Shown: piece by piece, positions 39,357-49,354 of the stretch
How positions within the stretch are numbered: the stretch's first letter is position 1
Layout of the letters: every line of letters starts with the position of its first letter
Virus record (IMG/VR): IMGVR_UViG_3300042691_013609
Span: 1-64,000 of that record
From: a virus
Length of the DNA stretch: 64,000 bases
Reading direction: 5' to 3' (one strand)
The notes under the pieces: generated by a model
Seen by the model: the letters and a program-made list of their open reading frames with translations, nothing else
Database searches by the model: none
What the model was told of the DNA's origin: nothing
Position numbers and translations under genes: made by a program

Positions 39357-39397
39357 AAAAAAGCCCCACCCCTAATTAAAGGAGTGGGGCTTTTTTT
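39357..39397. terminator. bidirectional intrinsic terminator between the convergent blocks
   Basis: AAAAAA-GCCCCAC...GTGGGGC-TTTTTTT, A-run before and T-run after. Confidence 0.9.
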
Positions 39398-39399
39398 AT

Positions 39400-39942
39400 T
39401 TACAGTCCTATGAATAACAATTCTATTTGTTTTACCCAACCCTCATCTGTCATATATGGGCCGGGGAAACCGCGAGATTCTAATTCCTCTTCAAACATTC
39501 TTAAATAATTCCTATTGTATTTCCTTTTCCCAGCATTGGCTTCATACAGCATAGTTTGCAAATGATCCGTATCTAGGTCACAAATAAATCTAAAGATCGG
39601 TTCGTCCAATTTAGTTAAGTCTTTATTCAGAAAAGATAACCACCCATGTGATTCTCTTTCAGTCCTGCCAAGCTTCATTAAAATATCTGACTCCTCTAAG
39701 ATATACAAAGGCTCGAAGTAATCACCACCAATACCCATGTTATAAAGCAATTGTCCGAATCTCAAATCAGGAGATTCTAACCAAGTGCCCTCGATTATTG
39801 GCAACATTTCAGTAATCTTCTTTTCCATTTTAACTAAATCAATTATCTCCTTATTGTACTGTTCATTTGGCAATCCCACTAGCTTACTAATATCCAATAC
39901 TTCTAGGAAAGGTTTTATTCTATAATGTGGTCTCATACCCAA
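39400..39942 (-). CDS. hypothetical phage protein
   Basis: 180 aa; W...PDLRFGQLL and DLDTDHL motifs. Confidence 0.7.
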   Translation of the reverse strand: MGMRPHYRIKPFLEVLDISKLVGLPNEQYNKEIIDLVKMEKKITEMLPIIEGTWLESPDLRFGQLLYNMGIGGDYFEPLYILEESDILMKLGRTERESHGWLSFLNKDLTKLDEPIFRFICDLDTDHLQTMLYEANAGKRKYNRNYLRMFEEELESRGFPGPYMTDEGWVKQIELLFIGL

Positions 39943-40423
39943 AAAATTTATGATTATCTGTTGTGTGAATTAATTTAGTATTTCTTTTTAACCTACTAAT
40001 GAAGGTTCTGTCGGTGGCGGTTTTAAAATTATAGAAAAAAAGAACATCACAATCCCTTCCTATATTATCAAACAACCTAACCGCAATACTATCGGAGAAC
40101 TCAGTCCTCATAAACCTACCATTAATACCATCATACTGCCCACGCTGGAAAACTACATCATGTACGCAATCTGGAAACCTATTATGCTCTATCCTATTAA
40201 GAACAGTGCTGCCTACTAAATAAGCGTCTATAGTGTCATTAGGTGCACTTTCAGCGTTAATGATACATGAGAGTAACTTCTCTTCATTTGTAAGCCCCAT
40301 ATCGATTGTAATAGGCTTATACTCAACCTTATTGATAGGATATATCAACAGCAAAAAAATAGCGACCAAATGGGCCGCTAATGCAATGATAAGTAAGAAT
40401 AAATAATTATTTATATTTTTCAT
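39920..40423 (-). CDS. SleB-like cell wall hydrolase (Hydrolase_2) with N-terminal TM
   Basis: IINAES (catalytic Glu), VG.TVLNR, FPD.V.DVVFQ.GQY, HKFF. Confidence 0.85.
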   Translation of the reverse strand: MKNINNYLFLLIIALAAHLVAIFLLLIYPINKVEYKPITIDMGLTNEEKLLSCIINAESAPNDTIDAYLVGSTVLNRIEHNRFPDCVHDVVFQRGQYDGINGRFMRTEFSDSIAVRLFDNIGRDCDVLFFYNFKTATDRTFISRLKRNTKLIHTTDNHKFFGYETTL

Positions 40424-40510
40424 ATCTTTTTTTTATTTCAGCTATTTCTTTTTTTACTTCTTGAATAGCCAGGATCAAATACTTCTCTGTATCTTTTCTT
40501 TCTTCTGATG

Positions 40511-40672
40511 TCATGGCTTTAATTTTTCATCTAAAAATTCTCTTAATTTTTCTTTCCCATTCATGCTTGTTAAAAATAAAACAAGGTCTCCCAATAAGGA
40601 CATATCCCATACTGATTCAGGTACAAAAATATACCTCTTATACATTTTTGTGTCTTTATACTTAATCCACAT
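40511..40672 (-). CDS. hypothetical protein (53 aa)
   Basis: MWIKYKDTKMY...; fills the gap; ATGA-coupled to a further 35-aa ORF (40407-40514). Confidence 0.5.
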   Translation of the reverse strand: MWIKYKDTKMYKRYIFVPESVWDMSLLGDLVLFLTSMNGKEKLREFLDEKLKP

Positions 40673-40674
40673 AA

Positions 40675-40935
40675 TTAAACATTTTCTAATTGTAATTCTA
40701 ATTCTTTAATCAACTCTTCAAACGGACCTTCATCCAAGGGCCTAAACCTATACGCAGCAAAACCTCTATAAGGAGTTCCCAGTTCGGTAAGGTTTATTTC
40801 CTCTAACACGAAAAGGGGAACTCCATTCATATCGCTAAGTACGCTAATAACTGTATAGGCATTACCTTTTTTAACCCAATGTGTCGTTGGTATCTCATTG
40901 GGCCTAGCATTGTCGTTTACGCACTCAACCAACAT
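40675..40935 (-). CDS. hypothetical protein
   Basis: 86-aa ORF in a tightly packed operon. Confidence 0.7.
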   Translation of the reverse strand: MLVECVNDNARPNEIPTTHWVKKGNAYTVISVLSDMNGVPLFVLEEINLTELGTPYRGFAAYRFRPLDEGPFEELIKELELQLENV

Positions 40936-40936
40936 T

Positions 40937-41269
40937 TTAACCTAGTGAATTAGCTAATTCATTAAGAGCTTCTTGGTCGGGAAAGAAATTAGAATCAAGA
41001 GTATTCAAATCTAATTCATGCACACCAACACCAGAATAACTAAGAAGAAGACCTGCATTATTCTTAGTCCAAATAGCTTCCAGGTTTTTACTTTCATTTT
41101 CCTGTATATCTTTAAGGCACTCTTCCGCAACTTGGCTGTGCATCTTAGCAATAACTTTAGCTACCTTTTCTGCTTTCTCGTAAGAATCAAAAACTCCTAC
41201 AAGGCCCAGATCAATACCATTATCATCTTCTTCTCCAGGTCTTAAACTTACAATAAAAACTTTACTCAT
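40937..41269 (-). CDS. hypothetical protein
   Basis: 110 aa; VGVFDSYEKAEK motif. Confidence 0.7.
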   Translation of the reverse strand: MSKVFIVSLRPGEEDDNGIDLGLVGVFDSYEKAEKVAKVIAKMHSQVAEECLKDIQENESKNLEAIWTKNNAGLLLSYSGVGVHELDLNTLDSNFFPDQEALNELANSLG

Positions 41270-41283
41270 AATTTTAATTTGTC

Positions 41284-43146
41284 TTAGTGCACTGCGGAAT
41301 AACTATCTCCAACTTTTGGGTCAACTGCCATAGTGACATTTAACTTCAACTTTTCGTTAGCCAAAGCCACAGCTTTTTTAAAAATTTTAAATGTTTCCTG
41401 CTCCTTATCTGCCGGAGCGTAGCATAAAATCTCATCATGCATTTGAAGTCTTATTTTAAGTCCAAGTAACCTACAGTACATAATAAAGACATCCATAAAG
41501 TAAGTGGATAAATTTTGGTTCAAAGCACTAAACCTATCCTTGTCATTTCTTAACTCTAACCAAAAGCCAGATACTGGACTTTTAATCCATGAGCATTCAA
41601 AGGCATCCTTAACCTCTGAATTATTTTCTACTTCCAATACCGCCCAGTTCCTTTCCCAATAGGCTTTAATAAAGCCCTTACATGTGTATTCAGGGAATCC
41701 TGTATTTCTTGATAGCGTAGTGGCCCCGCACTTATAAAGAACTGAGAAGTTAATTACTTTGGCAACCTTTCGTTGCTTGCCATGATCCTCCTCTCCTTTT
41801 TTGTGTGCAGCAGCTTGCTCTTGAGTGAGTAGGCTAGTCCTTACTGCCATATCTAAGTGGGCATCAAAGTCTGGCGAACTCATCTCTTCTACGTACTTAG
41901 GGTCATAAGGTTTTATGAAATGATCCCTTGTCTTTGCCTCTGAGGAAACTACGTCAACCCCAAAAACTACATGGTCATCAGGTGCTATAAATAACCCCCT
42001 AATTTCTTTACCCCATGGTTTGTCCACGCCTGGAAGATTTACAACCTTACCATGCTTCATTCTATGTGTGCTAGTTAGCCCAACTAATTCTTGGGACAGC
42101 CATCCATTTTTTGAATCTCTAAGGAAACCTTCTACTTGTGCTATCCTATGATTTAAAACACCTAATCCTTCAAGTTCTGAAATCTCTGGGTGTTTTTCGG
42201 ATAGAACTAAAACAGAATTGCATAACTCTTTATTGTCTTTAATAATTTGAGGTATCTGTTTTATAGTGCCAGTTTCTTTATTCCTTACAAATTTGTGGGT
42301 GGCCGGCTGCCATCCTAAATTAGTTAACCAATCTTTTATCTGTGTGGTGGATGATGGATTAGGTTCTTTATAAGATTTAATGTAAACTACAGGTCCGTTT
42401 GTTTCTTCAGGTAGTTTAGCCCTTCTTAAAAAATCATACCAATCTTTTCCGGAAGCCGATAAAGAACCATCTTTTTTGTAAAGAATTTTTGGTTTAATTT
42501 TATTAGCCAAGATCTTTACTTTTGGCATGACTTGTTTTAGTTTCTCTAATTTCTCATCCCTCTTCACACACATATCTACAAGTATATCCTGGGCTTTGTT
42601 TATATCAATCCTACAAGGATTCATTATCTGCTCAAAAGCACAGGATGCTTTGAATGACATATATTTTAGAAGATCGCCCAATGATTTCTCATCCCCATCG
42701 TATAAAACTTCAAGACGTGATTTGATGCGCATGTAAAGATTTGAATTTATCTTTACGTCTGTCTCACATCTGTTAGTGTATTCTTCTCTACTTAAATTAC
42801 TCCAATCACTTATCTTAACTTTCTCAACCCCAAAGTCTACACCGAAAGATTCCAAAGAATATTCATTTCTTTTCGGGAAAATATAATGAGATAAAAAAAG
42901 AGTGTCATAAAAAGGAAAGTCGATTTCAACACCGACTATCCTTTCAAGAACAGCTAAGTCATAATTACTGATAAAGTGGCCGATAAATATAGCATCAGTC
43001 TGTTTAAAGAAGTTTACTATATCAGAATACTCATACAACGATCTTACCTTCCATTCACCGACTATAGTGTAACTTAAACAGTGAACTTTTGTTACATCAT
43101 TTAAAAGAGCATCAGCCTCTATGTCGAATATTATTTCTTTAGCCAT
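41284..43146 (-). CDS. family A DNA polymerase with 3'-5' exonuclease (T7-like)
   Basis: ExoI FDIEAD, ExoII GHF..YD, ExoIII RCETD; motif A GVD...E, motif B RKVAKVINF..LY, motif C MHDE. Confidence 0.95.
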   Translation of the reverse strand: MAKEIIFDIEADALLNDVTKVHCLSYTIVGEWKVRSLYEYSDIVNFFKQTDAIFIGHFISNYDLAVLERIVGVEIDFPFYDTLFLSHYIFPKRNEYSLESFGVDFGVEKVKISDWSNLSREEYTNRCETDVKINSNLYMRIKSRLEVLYDGDEKSLGDLLKYMSFKASCAFEQIMNPCRIDINKAQDILVDMCVKRDEKLEKLKQVMPKVKILANKIKPKILYKKDGSLSASGKDWYDFLRRAKLPEETNGPVVYIKSYKEPNPSSTTQIKDWLTNLGWQPATHKFVRNKETGTIKQIPQIIKDNKELCNSVLVLSEKHPEISELEGLGVLNHRIAQVEGFLRDSKNGWLSQELVGLTSTHRMKHGKVVNLPGVDKPWGKEIRGLFIAPDDHVVFGVDVVSSEAKTRDHFIKPYDPKYVEEMSSPDFDAHLDMAVRTSLLTQEQAAAHKKGEEDHGKQRKVAKVINFSVLYKCGATTLSRNTGFPEYTCKGFIKAYWERNWAVLEVENNSEVKDAFECSWIKSPVSGFWLELRNDKDRFSALNQNLSTYFMDVFIMYCRLLGLKIRLQMHDEILCYAPADKEQETFKIFKKAVALANEKLKLNVTMAVDPKVGDSYSAVH

Positions 43147-43153
43147 AATTTAG

Positions 43154-43783
43154 TTAATCTACGATAGCATAATCGATAAGCATCTCAGCTATTGTAAGAA
43201 CATCATTGACTGCACCTTCAGAATCGACTGACCCATCCGGCTTTACCCAACGGCCCTTTGGGGAGGCTATAGAGAGTATTTCTATAGCAGCCTTAATCGA
43301 ACTCTGTCTAACAATAGAAAGTTGCCTACGTTCGTCCGGAGAGTACTGTACGACCTTATTTAGCCCTACAAAGAAAGTACCTTTACCTTCAACTTCTTTT
43401 GTGTCCGAATACTGGATTAGAGTGCCGGGCTTTAAAGAAGATAAATTCTTTCTAGAATCAGAGAAGTGAAAGCCTACTACTTCGTCTTCAGTCTCTACCT
43501 CCATGTAGAAAGTATTATTATTTCCTACCGATATAGATCCAACTCTTTTAATTTTTGTGGTAACCATGTCTTTAATTTTTGTTAATCCGTTAATTTTTTC
43601 TCGACCAGCAAATACTTTGGTATCAATGTATCTTACTTTACTTCCTTTTGTAAAGGAGGAGAGGGCCTCCCTGTCATTTGGGTAATACCCTCTCGTTCCA
43701 TCTTCTAACTCTAAATCAACGTAAGCATAACCGTGATCATCGGTTTTTATTTTACTTACTTTTTTGATTTTGGTTTCCTTCAT
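43154..43783 (-). CDS. putative ssDNA-binding protein with two tandem OB-like repeats
   Basis: TKIK.V...E.ED...G......LSS...G..Y.DTK occurs twice, then RQLSIVRQSSIKAA; replication context. Confidence 0.45.
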   Translation of the reverse strand: MKETKIKKVSKIKTDDHGYAYVDLELEDGTRGYYPNDREALSSFTKGSKVRYIDTKVFAGREKINGLTKIKDMVTTKIKRVGSISVGNNNTFYMEVETEDEVVGFHFSDSRKNLSSLKPGTLIQYSDTKEVEGKGTFFVGLNKVVQYSPDERRQLSIVRQSSIKAAIEILSIASPKGRWVKPDGSVDSEGAVNDVLTIAEMLIDYAIVD

Positions 43784-43784
43784 C

Positions 43785-44453
43785 TTAGAAAGGTAAATCT
43801 CCGTCTAAGAATTCATCAGAAGGAATAAAGTCTTCAACTGTCTTTTCTGGTCTTGGAGCAGTTGCCTTTTTGAGTTTTCTCTCGTTGAAGATATTGTTAA
43901 CAACACCTTCAAAGAATTTAAGTTGGTCTGTGTCATCGTAGACTTTCTCTCCTTTGACTACCAACTCTTTTAACTCAGGTCTGCCTTGTGGGTTATCTTT
44001 AGAGTATTTAAACCTAACCCACTCCCAAGAACCATTGTCATCTTTGTGATGCATCCAAATGGCAGTATTCTTTACAGTCTTACCATTCTTCTCCTCTTCC
44101 TTATAAGAACAAGAGATACGGATAGGTCTATCCAAGTTTACATTCTCTACTTGATTCAAGAAGCTTTTAGAATAGCCGGATGAATACTTAAAAGTAATGA
44201 TGTAAACTTCGTCTCCATCTGTTACTTTAACTACCCATCTTTTTCCGTAATCACTGTCTTCAGAATAGACATCACTCAAAAACCCTTCAACGTGATCGAA
44301 CTCTTTAACGTACTTGGTTACCTTCTTTCCGTCTGAAGTCTCCACGTTTCTTTCAATAAATCCTTCGCGCTTTTCTTTAACGCCCCACTCAAATTTCCCG
44401 TTCACGGGCTTTAACCAATAGGTCTTACTTTCTGATCTGTTACCTAGTGCCAT
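43785..44453 (-). CDS. single-stranded DNA-binding protein
   Basis: Acidic tail ending DGDLPF; between helicase and polymerase. Confidence 0.65.
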   Translation of the reverse strand: MALGNRSESKTYWLKPVNGKFEWGVKEKREGFIERNVETSDGKKVTKYVKEFDHVEGFLSDVYSEDSDYGKRWVVKVTDGDEVYIITFKYSSGYSKSFLNQVENVNLDRPIRISCSYKEEEKNGKTVKNTAIWMHHKDDNGSWEWVRFKYSKDNPQGRPELKELVVKGEKVYDDTDQLKFFEGVVNNIFNERKLKKATAPRPEKTVEDFIPSDEFLDGDLPF

Positions 44454-44479
44454 AATAATTGAAATTTTAATTAATGATA

Positions 44480-44487
44480 CAAATATA
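44480..44487 (-). promoter_or_regulatory. Bacteroidota -7 box
   Basis: TATATTTG on the minus strand, 26 nt upstream of the SSB ATG. Confidence 0.65.
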
Positions 44488-44524
44488 AGGATAATAAATA
44501 AACAAAAACTATATTAACAAAAAT

Positions 44525-45556
44525 TTAACTATCGAAATCAATAACGACAATCTTCTCTTCATTGAACACAGGCTTTTGTTTAGTTGTATTTTGTGACAAA
44601 GATTCTTTAGGTCTTTGGTCCTCTTCTATTACTTTAATAAATAAATCTTTTGTGCCGAAGCCATCAGCGAATCTGTTCTTTAGTATTTCAATAAAGACCC
44701 GGCCATAAGTTAAAAAAGAAACCTTAGTACCAGACTTATTAAAATCTCCATAATGTTCAGCAAGATGATCGTAGTAATAAGGAGATACAAGTCTGTATTG
44801 TTCTACACCTAATTTATAAGGTGTTGATAGACAAGCAACTACGTCACTAACCTGGAACAAAGCATCTGATTGATACAAATCATTTCTTCTTGATTTCATA
44901 TCTTCACTCTTGTCGGAAACTCGTGACAAAGATTCACGGTTAAACTGGGATACATTTAAAAAGAATGTATTTGGATATGCTTTCTTTAGAAAATTTTGAT
45001 GCTCAAAGATACCATCCATAACTTTCTTTTTATCCGATCCTTTTGCTAGAGCAACGTGATCGAAATCAATACCTATTAGATCTTTATCTTTAAACTTAAT
45101 ACAGAATGCTTCTATTGATTCTAGAAAATCATCCGCAGTCATAGGTTCTTCATTAAGGTAGAACCTATCATCTGTTTTATATTTTAAATAATCCCTTACA
45201 CTTTGCTTTTCTTCAGCTGTGAAGTGGTTCAACATTATATCTTTTTTAGACTTGCATAAATGAGATGATAAGTTCCTAAGAGTAGTCATAAGATTAGTCA
45301 TCTCCAATGAATTACTTAACCAAACAAAATTGTCCGCCTTCGAGTTATATTCAATGGACATGATATTAGATTTTATATCTTCCATCAGAATAGTCTTACC
45401 GGTAAAAGAAGCCCCAGCTAAAGTAACAATACTTCCTGGGGTTAATCCATCTAAAAATTCATGGCCACTATTTATAATAAGTTTGCGCCTATCTTGGTAA
45501 GACTTTATCTCTTGCAAGGACTCTACGGCTGCATGCCTGTATGGTCTTATATTCAT
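44525..45556 (-). CDS. DnaB-like (SF4) replicative helicase
   Basis: Walker A GASFTGKT, SLEM, Walker B IDFDH, SQFNRE, ILKNR. Confidence 0.9.
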   Translation of the reverse strand: MNIRPYRHAAVESLQEIKSYQDRRKLIINSGHEFLDGLTPGSIVTLAGASFTGKTILMEDIKSNIMSIEYNSKADNFVWLSNSLEMTNLMTTLRNLSSHLCKSKKDIMLNHFTAEEKQSVRDYLKYKTDDRFYLNEEPMTADDFLESIEAFCIKFKDKDLIGIDFDHVALAKGSDKKKVMDGIFEHQNFLKKAYPNTFFLNVSQFNRESLSRVSDKSEDMKSRRNDLYQSDALFQVSDVVACLSTPYKLGVEQYRLVSPYYYDHLAEHYGDFNKSGTKVSFLTYGRVFIEILKNRFADGFGTKDLFIKVIEEDQRPKESLSQNTTKQKPVFNEEKIVVIDFDS

Positions 45557-45557
45557 T

Positions 45558-45932
45558 TTATTTATTTTTAAAATACTTTATAAAAATGTGTGCGGATTTG
45601 TAATTGGTTGCTAAAGGGACTTCATGCACATCGCATAACCTCATAAGCATACTAACGTCTACTTCGTGAGGATGTTTATCAAGTGGGTCTCTAAAAAATA
45701 TTACTGCATCAATTTCTTTCCTGGAAACCATTGCGCCAATCTCTGCATCCCCACCCCTTGGACCACTATTTACACACTCAACCTTCTCCACCCCAGCCCT
45801 CTCTACCATCAACCCTGTCGTACCCGTAGCCACAATCTCTACATCTTCGCGGGTAAAAAAATCTAACCTCTTTAATACAAAAGAAACTAATTCGTGCTTC
45901 TTCCCATCATGTGCTATAAGTGCAATTCGCAT
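45558..45932 (-). CDS. mgsA: methylglyoxal synthase
   Basis: IALIAHD.KK, ATGTTG, SGP.GGD.EIG, FFRDPL..HPHE.D, R.CDVH.VPLATN all intact. Confidence 0.95.
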   Translation of the reverse strand: MRIALIAHDGKKHELVSFVLKRLDFFTREDVEIVATGTTGLMVERAGVEKVECVNSGPRGGDAEIGAMVSRKEIDAVIFFRDPLDKHPHEVDVSMLMRLCDVHEVPLATNYKSAHIFIKYFKNK

Positions 45933-45944
45933 ATTTTGTTTATT

Positions 45945-46226
45945 TTAAGATCCGGTGTATATAAATAAAGGTGTCTGCTCCCCAACGTAACAACAGAATG
46001 TATTAAAATATAAAAACTCACTAGCTTCTTCATCTGTCATTTCACCATCTACAGAACATATACTTATCATTTTTTCTATAGAATAAACTAACTGACCGTC
46101 TTGCGAAAGACCAACTATTGCGTTATCGTATCCGTTTACATCACCGTTAAACCCATGTGGTTTTAAAGCAGCTACTTCTTCTGCCATTTTAAGTATAAGC
46201 TCTAAGTCTATCTCTATGTTGCTCAT
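45945..46226 (-). CDS. conserved acidic phage protein
   Basis: GYDNAIVG...VYS...EEA.EF..FNT...YVGE.TP. Confidence 0.75.
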   Translation of the reverse strand: MSNIEIDLELILKMAEEVAALKPHGFNGDVNGYDNAIVGLSQDGQLVYSIEKMISICSVDGEMTDEEASEFLYFNTFCCYVGEQTPLFIYTGS

Positions 46227-46231
46227 TCTTT

Positions 46232-46576
46232 TTAATTTTTTAAATCTTCAACACAATCAGTGCAACGCAAGCCCCACATAAGTAAGAACATTGCAACCTG
46301 AGTTTGAAGTGCTTTTCCACGAAGATACTTATACCTCTTCTTCATCTCTACCTCTAGCCACCCTCTAAACTCTTGTTCTTTTTCTTTGGTAGTAGTAAAA
46401 CGTCTAAACCATTCTTCTCCAAACGGCATTGCATCTTCTGCTTCTTTGTTAGCTATAAGAATATCGTAATTAATATCTGTATACCCGTTAATCTCAAATT
46501 GCTTATTGATTATTCTTGCTAAAAATTCTTCGTCTGATTCTTTCTTATTTCTCATCTTTACTATTTGAAGTTTCAA
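46232..46576 (-). CDS. hypothetical protein
   Basis: ORF in operon; true start may be the downstream MRNKK. Confidence 0.65.
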   Translation of the reverse strand: MKLQIVKMRNKKESDEEFLARIINKQFEINGYTDINYDILIANKEAEDAMPFGEEWFRRFTTTKEKEQEFRGWLEVEMKKRYKYLRGKALQTQVAMFLLMWGLRCTDCVEDLKN

Positions 46577-46886
46577 AACAAATTTCTTTTCGGATGCTTT
46601 CTAAGAATGCCCAAAGACTCTCATGGCTATCACAAATTATATTCCCACACCCATCGAAAGCTTCGTATCCTTTTTGTCCAAAGTCATTATGATAACAAAA
46701 CCAATCAAACATTTCTAATCCATGTTTTCCGTATATTTCCTCTATTAATGTAGATATAATTTTATGATATAGATCAACGAACTCAATAAGATCAACATTA
46801 AGTTTGTACAATTCAGAAATTACTCTTCCTTCTTTTTGTAAGGATAAGGTAACTTTTAAAAAATTTTCATAGGTCATAAGTTCCAA
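46545..46886 (-). CDS. hypothetical protein
   Basis: 113 aa; DWFCY.NDFG motif. Confidence 0.7.
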   Translation of the reverse strand: MELMTYENFLKVTLSLQKEGRVISELYKLNVDLIEFVDLYHKIISTLIEEIYGKHGLEMFDWFCYHNDFGQKGYEAFDGCGNIICDSHESLWAFLESIRKEICFETSNSKDEK

Positions 46887-47506
46887 GCATTTAAAGTGTG
46901 TTGAAAAGGATTTCCTTCTATATTTTTAACTAAATTAAGCATCTGTCTTGCTATCTCTTGTATTTCAACTTGCGCATGATCGTCCATCCGCTGGGTTAAA
47001 AAGTTATGAAACGATCTCATATTAAACATAACATCAGACTCTATCTGTGAGTTGTATGTCTTAAAGAATCTTGCTGACTCCTTTGCACGTTTTCTACCTA
47101 AGATAGGAGTGAGTTCTTCAAGACATTGATGATACCATTGGTTAGACATTTGAGTAAACCCTATCAAATGACGTTGTGCTTCTTGTGGCCAATCATCTGG
47201 GATGTAATACTTATCTTCTTTTAATTCTTTATAACGAGCCGACTCAGCATTAATTGATGAGATACGATGTTTCAACAAATGTATATGGCTAGCAATATCG
47301 CAGTTAACTAAAAAATGTACCATACCTTTCTCAAAAGGTGTTCCATGCGGTACAGGTTCTGCATTCCATAATTGTTCTATCAATGCAGGAATTCTTTCCC
47401 TTTTCTCAGGTGATAAATCTCTTGAGGTACTCGTCCACGCGCTGCAAGAAATTGCTTCGTCACCTCCGTACCATCCAATTAGTTTTACGCTATTATTCAT
47501 TGTCAT
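46874..47506 (-). CDS. thyX: flavin-dependent thymidylate synthase
   Basis: HGTPFE, KHR-X7-S (KHRISSINAESARY), ESAR, N.RS..NF..QR...HAQ.EI. Confidence 0.92.
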   Translation of the reverse strand: MTMNNSVKLIGWYGGDEAISCSAWTSTSRDLSPEKRERIPALIEQLWNAEPVPHGTPFEKGMVHFLVNCDIASHIHLLKHRISSINAESARYKELKEDKYYIPDDWPQEAQRHLIGFTQMSNQWYHQCLEELTPILGRKRAKESARFFKTYNSQIESDVMFNMRSFHNFLTQRMDDHAQVEIQEIARQMLNLVKNIEGNPFQHTLNAWNL

Positions 47507-48255
47507 TATTTAATTGGTTCAATCGATGGAAAATTCTTTGGATTGGTTGTTGTACTCGATCCTTGCGTTATTTTATAATCCCCATATTTTGCGGGATTTG
47601 GAACCATTTTATTTGCCATTATGCAATTACATATTGTACAACCACACACTATGTGGAATGGTACTAAATCGTCTAATTTATTTATGTCCTTCATTTTTAA
47701 AATTTTAAATCTACTTTGTTGTCCACGCCTTATTTTACCCTCCCAAACATAAGGCCCATTCGCTCCTTCTTCTTCGTACATGTAAAGACTTGCTGTTCTT
47801 ATTGAAGGAAAAATCTTACCTGTTTGAGTGTCAAACACTTGTTGGCTACGAACCTCATTTGCTTTCTTAATCATATCATACCTGCGTTCAGGGTTGTTTT
47901 TATTCCACGCTCTTAGGTTATCTTCTCGTGTCAAATACTCTAAATTAGAGACGTGGTTATTTGTTTTACATTCGTCTATGTGGTTAACAGTCAACGAGTT
48001 ATCTCCTTTAATGAATGCTGAAGCAACAAGGCGGTGAACTTTAAAGCGCTTCATCTTTCCGTCTTTGTACAAGTTTACAAGGTGGTATCCGTATGCGTCT
48101 AAAATAGGCTTTAGGATTTTTTCTTTTACAACTTGATTACCTTTTAAACCGTGTGCTACAGAACGCTCGCAAGACTTAACTTGCCCACAATCTGACACCT
48201 GATAAAGGCCTTCGTATCCTAGTATATCCTTCCAAATTTCCATGTTGTTACTCAT
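47506..48255 (-). CDS. NUMOD4-HNH homing endonuclease with C-terminal DNA-binding domain and extra tail
   Basis: EIWKDI.GYEGLYQVS..G.V.S; VHRLVA.AF; VNHIDE.KTNN..SNLE. Confidence 0.9.
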   Translation of the reverse strand: MSNNMEIWKDILGYEGLYQVSDCGQVKSCERSVAHGLKGNQVVKEKILKPILDAYGYHLVNLYKDGKMKRFKVHRLVASAFIKGDNSLTVNHIDECKTNNHVSNLEYLTREDNLRAWNKNNPERRYDMIKKANEVRSQQVFDTQTGKIFPSIRTASLYMYEEEGANGPYVWEGKIRRGQQSRFKILKMKDINKLDDLVPFHIVCGCTICNCIMANKMVPNPAKYGDYKITQGSSTTTNPKNFPSIEPIK

Positions 48256-48296
48256 TACTAGTTGTTACTAACCTAAAATAATGCACATTAAATACA

Positions 48297-48662
48297 TTAC
48301 TCTCCATAATAATCTTTTAAAGACATCTCTACGAGCTTATCAAAGTATTCTTGGGTATACTTTTCTCTTACTTCTTTTAAATCCCTCTCAAGCCTTAGAT
48401 GGAATGAGTTTTCGCCATCGTCGCCAGATTCAAGATAATCAACTCTGTGCGCGTACACTTGTGCTACCTTAAGAGCTAACACAGCCTCTTGGAATTTCTG
48501 AATTTCCTTAGGGCTATAATTAGAATAAAGAATACCCTCTTCCTCCCAAGAGTGTCTATCCTCTTTTCTTTTAGGTTTTCCATTCTTAATAATAATACCT
48601 TCTATGGTATCTGCTATGTGACCAATCTTATATTGGTCGTAGCCGAAAAATCCTCCTGACAT
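48297..48662 (-). CDS. conserved phage protein
   Basis: MSGG.F.Y.QY...A.VYA.R.DYL.SGDDGE.SF. Confidence 0.75.
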   Translation of the reverse strand: MSGGFFGYDQYKIGHIADTIEGIIIKNGKPKRKEDRHSWEEEGILYSNYSPKEIQKFQEAVLALKVAQVYAHRVDYLESGDDGENSFHLRLERDLKEVREKYTQEYFDKLVEMSLKDYYGE

Positions 48663-48778
48663 AATTTTAAAGTTTTAATTGTTAATTAAGAATTCAACTA
48701 TAATAATTACAAGTATTGCATTGAAAATAAACCCAATAATAAAGCCTTCCACAAAACTTTTATCGTTATCATCCATTT

Positions 48779-49354
48779 TTATTCTTCTTCTTCTTCTATT
48801 CTATGATATAAATTAACAATCTCACAATATGTAGGATAGGATGGCAATTCATTTCTCAAATCTGAGTTATTTATTTTTTCAAGCATAAACTTCTTCAACC
48901 CTTTTGTGTATACAAAATCCTCTATCATATCAGCTATTTCTTGCATTTGTTTATCGCCTGAAATAGTTATGCGGAGGTCATAATCATACCATTTAGTCTT
49001 CCAATCCCACATAAAAATACCCTTAGTAAGTTTTGTATGCAAATTATGAAGATACAAATTACGCATTCTTACAAGAGAATTGTCGCTACCAAATAGGTGC
49101 AACAATCTTAGGAACCATCTTGGACACCACCAAGGTTTAGCCTTGTAGTCCATAAATATAATAAGAGGTTCCATCATCTTAAACATATCTCCCTCTGATT
49201 TCCAAGGTATTGATCCTAAATATTGATACTTCTCGTAGAAATCTTTAGGAAAGAATACAGCCCTTAGGTGGTCTATAGTTATATCCTGGAATGTAACTAA
49301 ACCACCTTTGTGTTTGTAACCAGGGAATATTACCCAATACTTAAACTTTTTCAT
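48779..49354 (-). CDS. hypothetical protein
   Basis: 191-aa Trp-rich ORF, ATGA-coupled. Confidence 0.7.
   Translation of the reverse strand: MKKFKYWVIFPGYKHKGGLVTFQDITIDHLRAVFFPKDFYEKYQYLGSIPWKSEGDMFKMMEPLIIFMDYKAKPWWCPRWFLRLLHLFGSDNSLVRMRNLYLHNLHTKLTKGIFMWDWKTKWYDYDLRITISGDKQMQEIADMIEDFVYTKGLKKFMLEKINNSDLRNELPSYPTYCEIVNLYHRIEEEEE

Noticed and set aside
41920-41960. Atypical polymerase motif A (DVVSSEAK) as a sign of altered base specificity
   Set aside because: Catalytic Asp/Glu and motifs B and C are intact; no clear base-modification pathway is visible in the window
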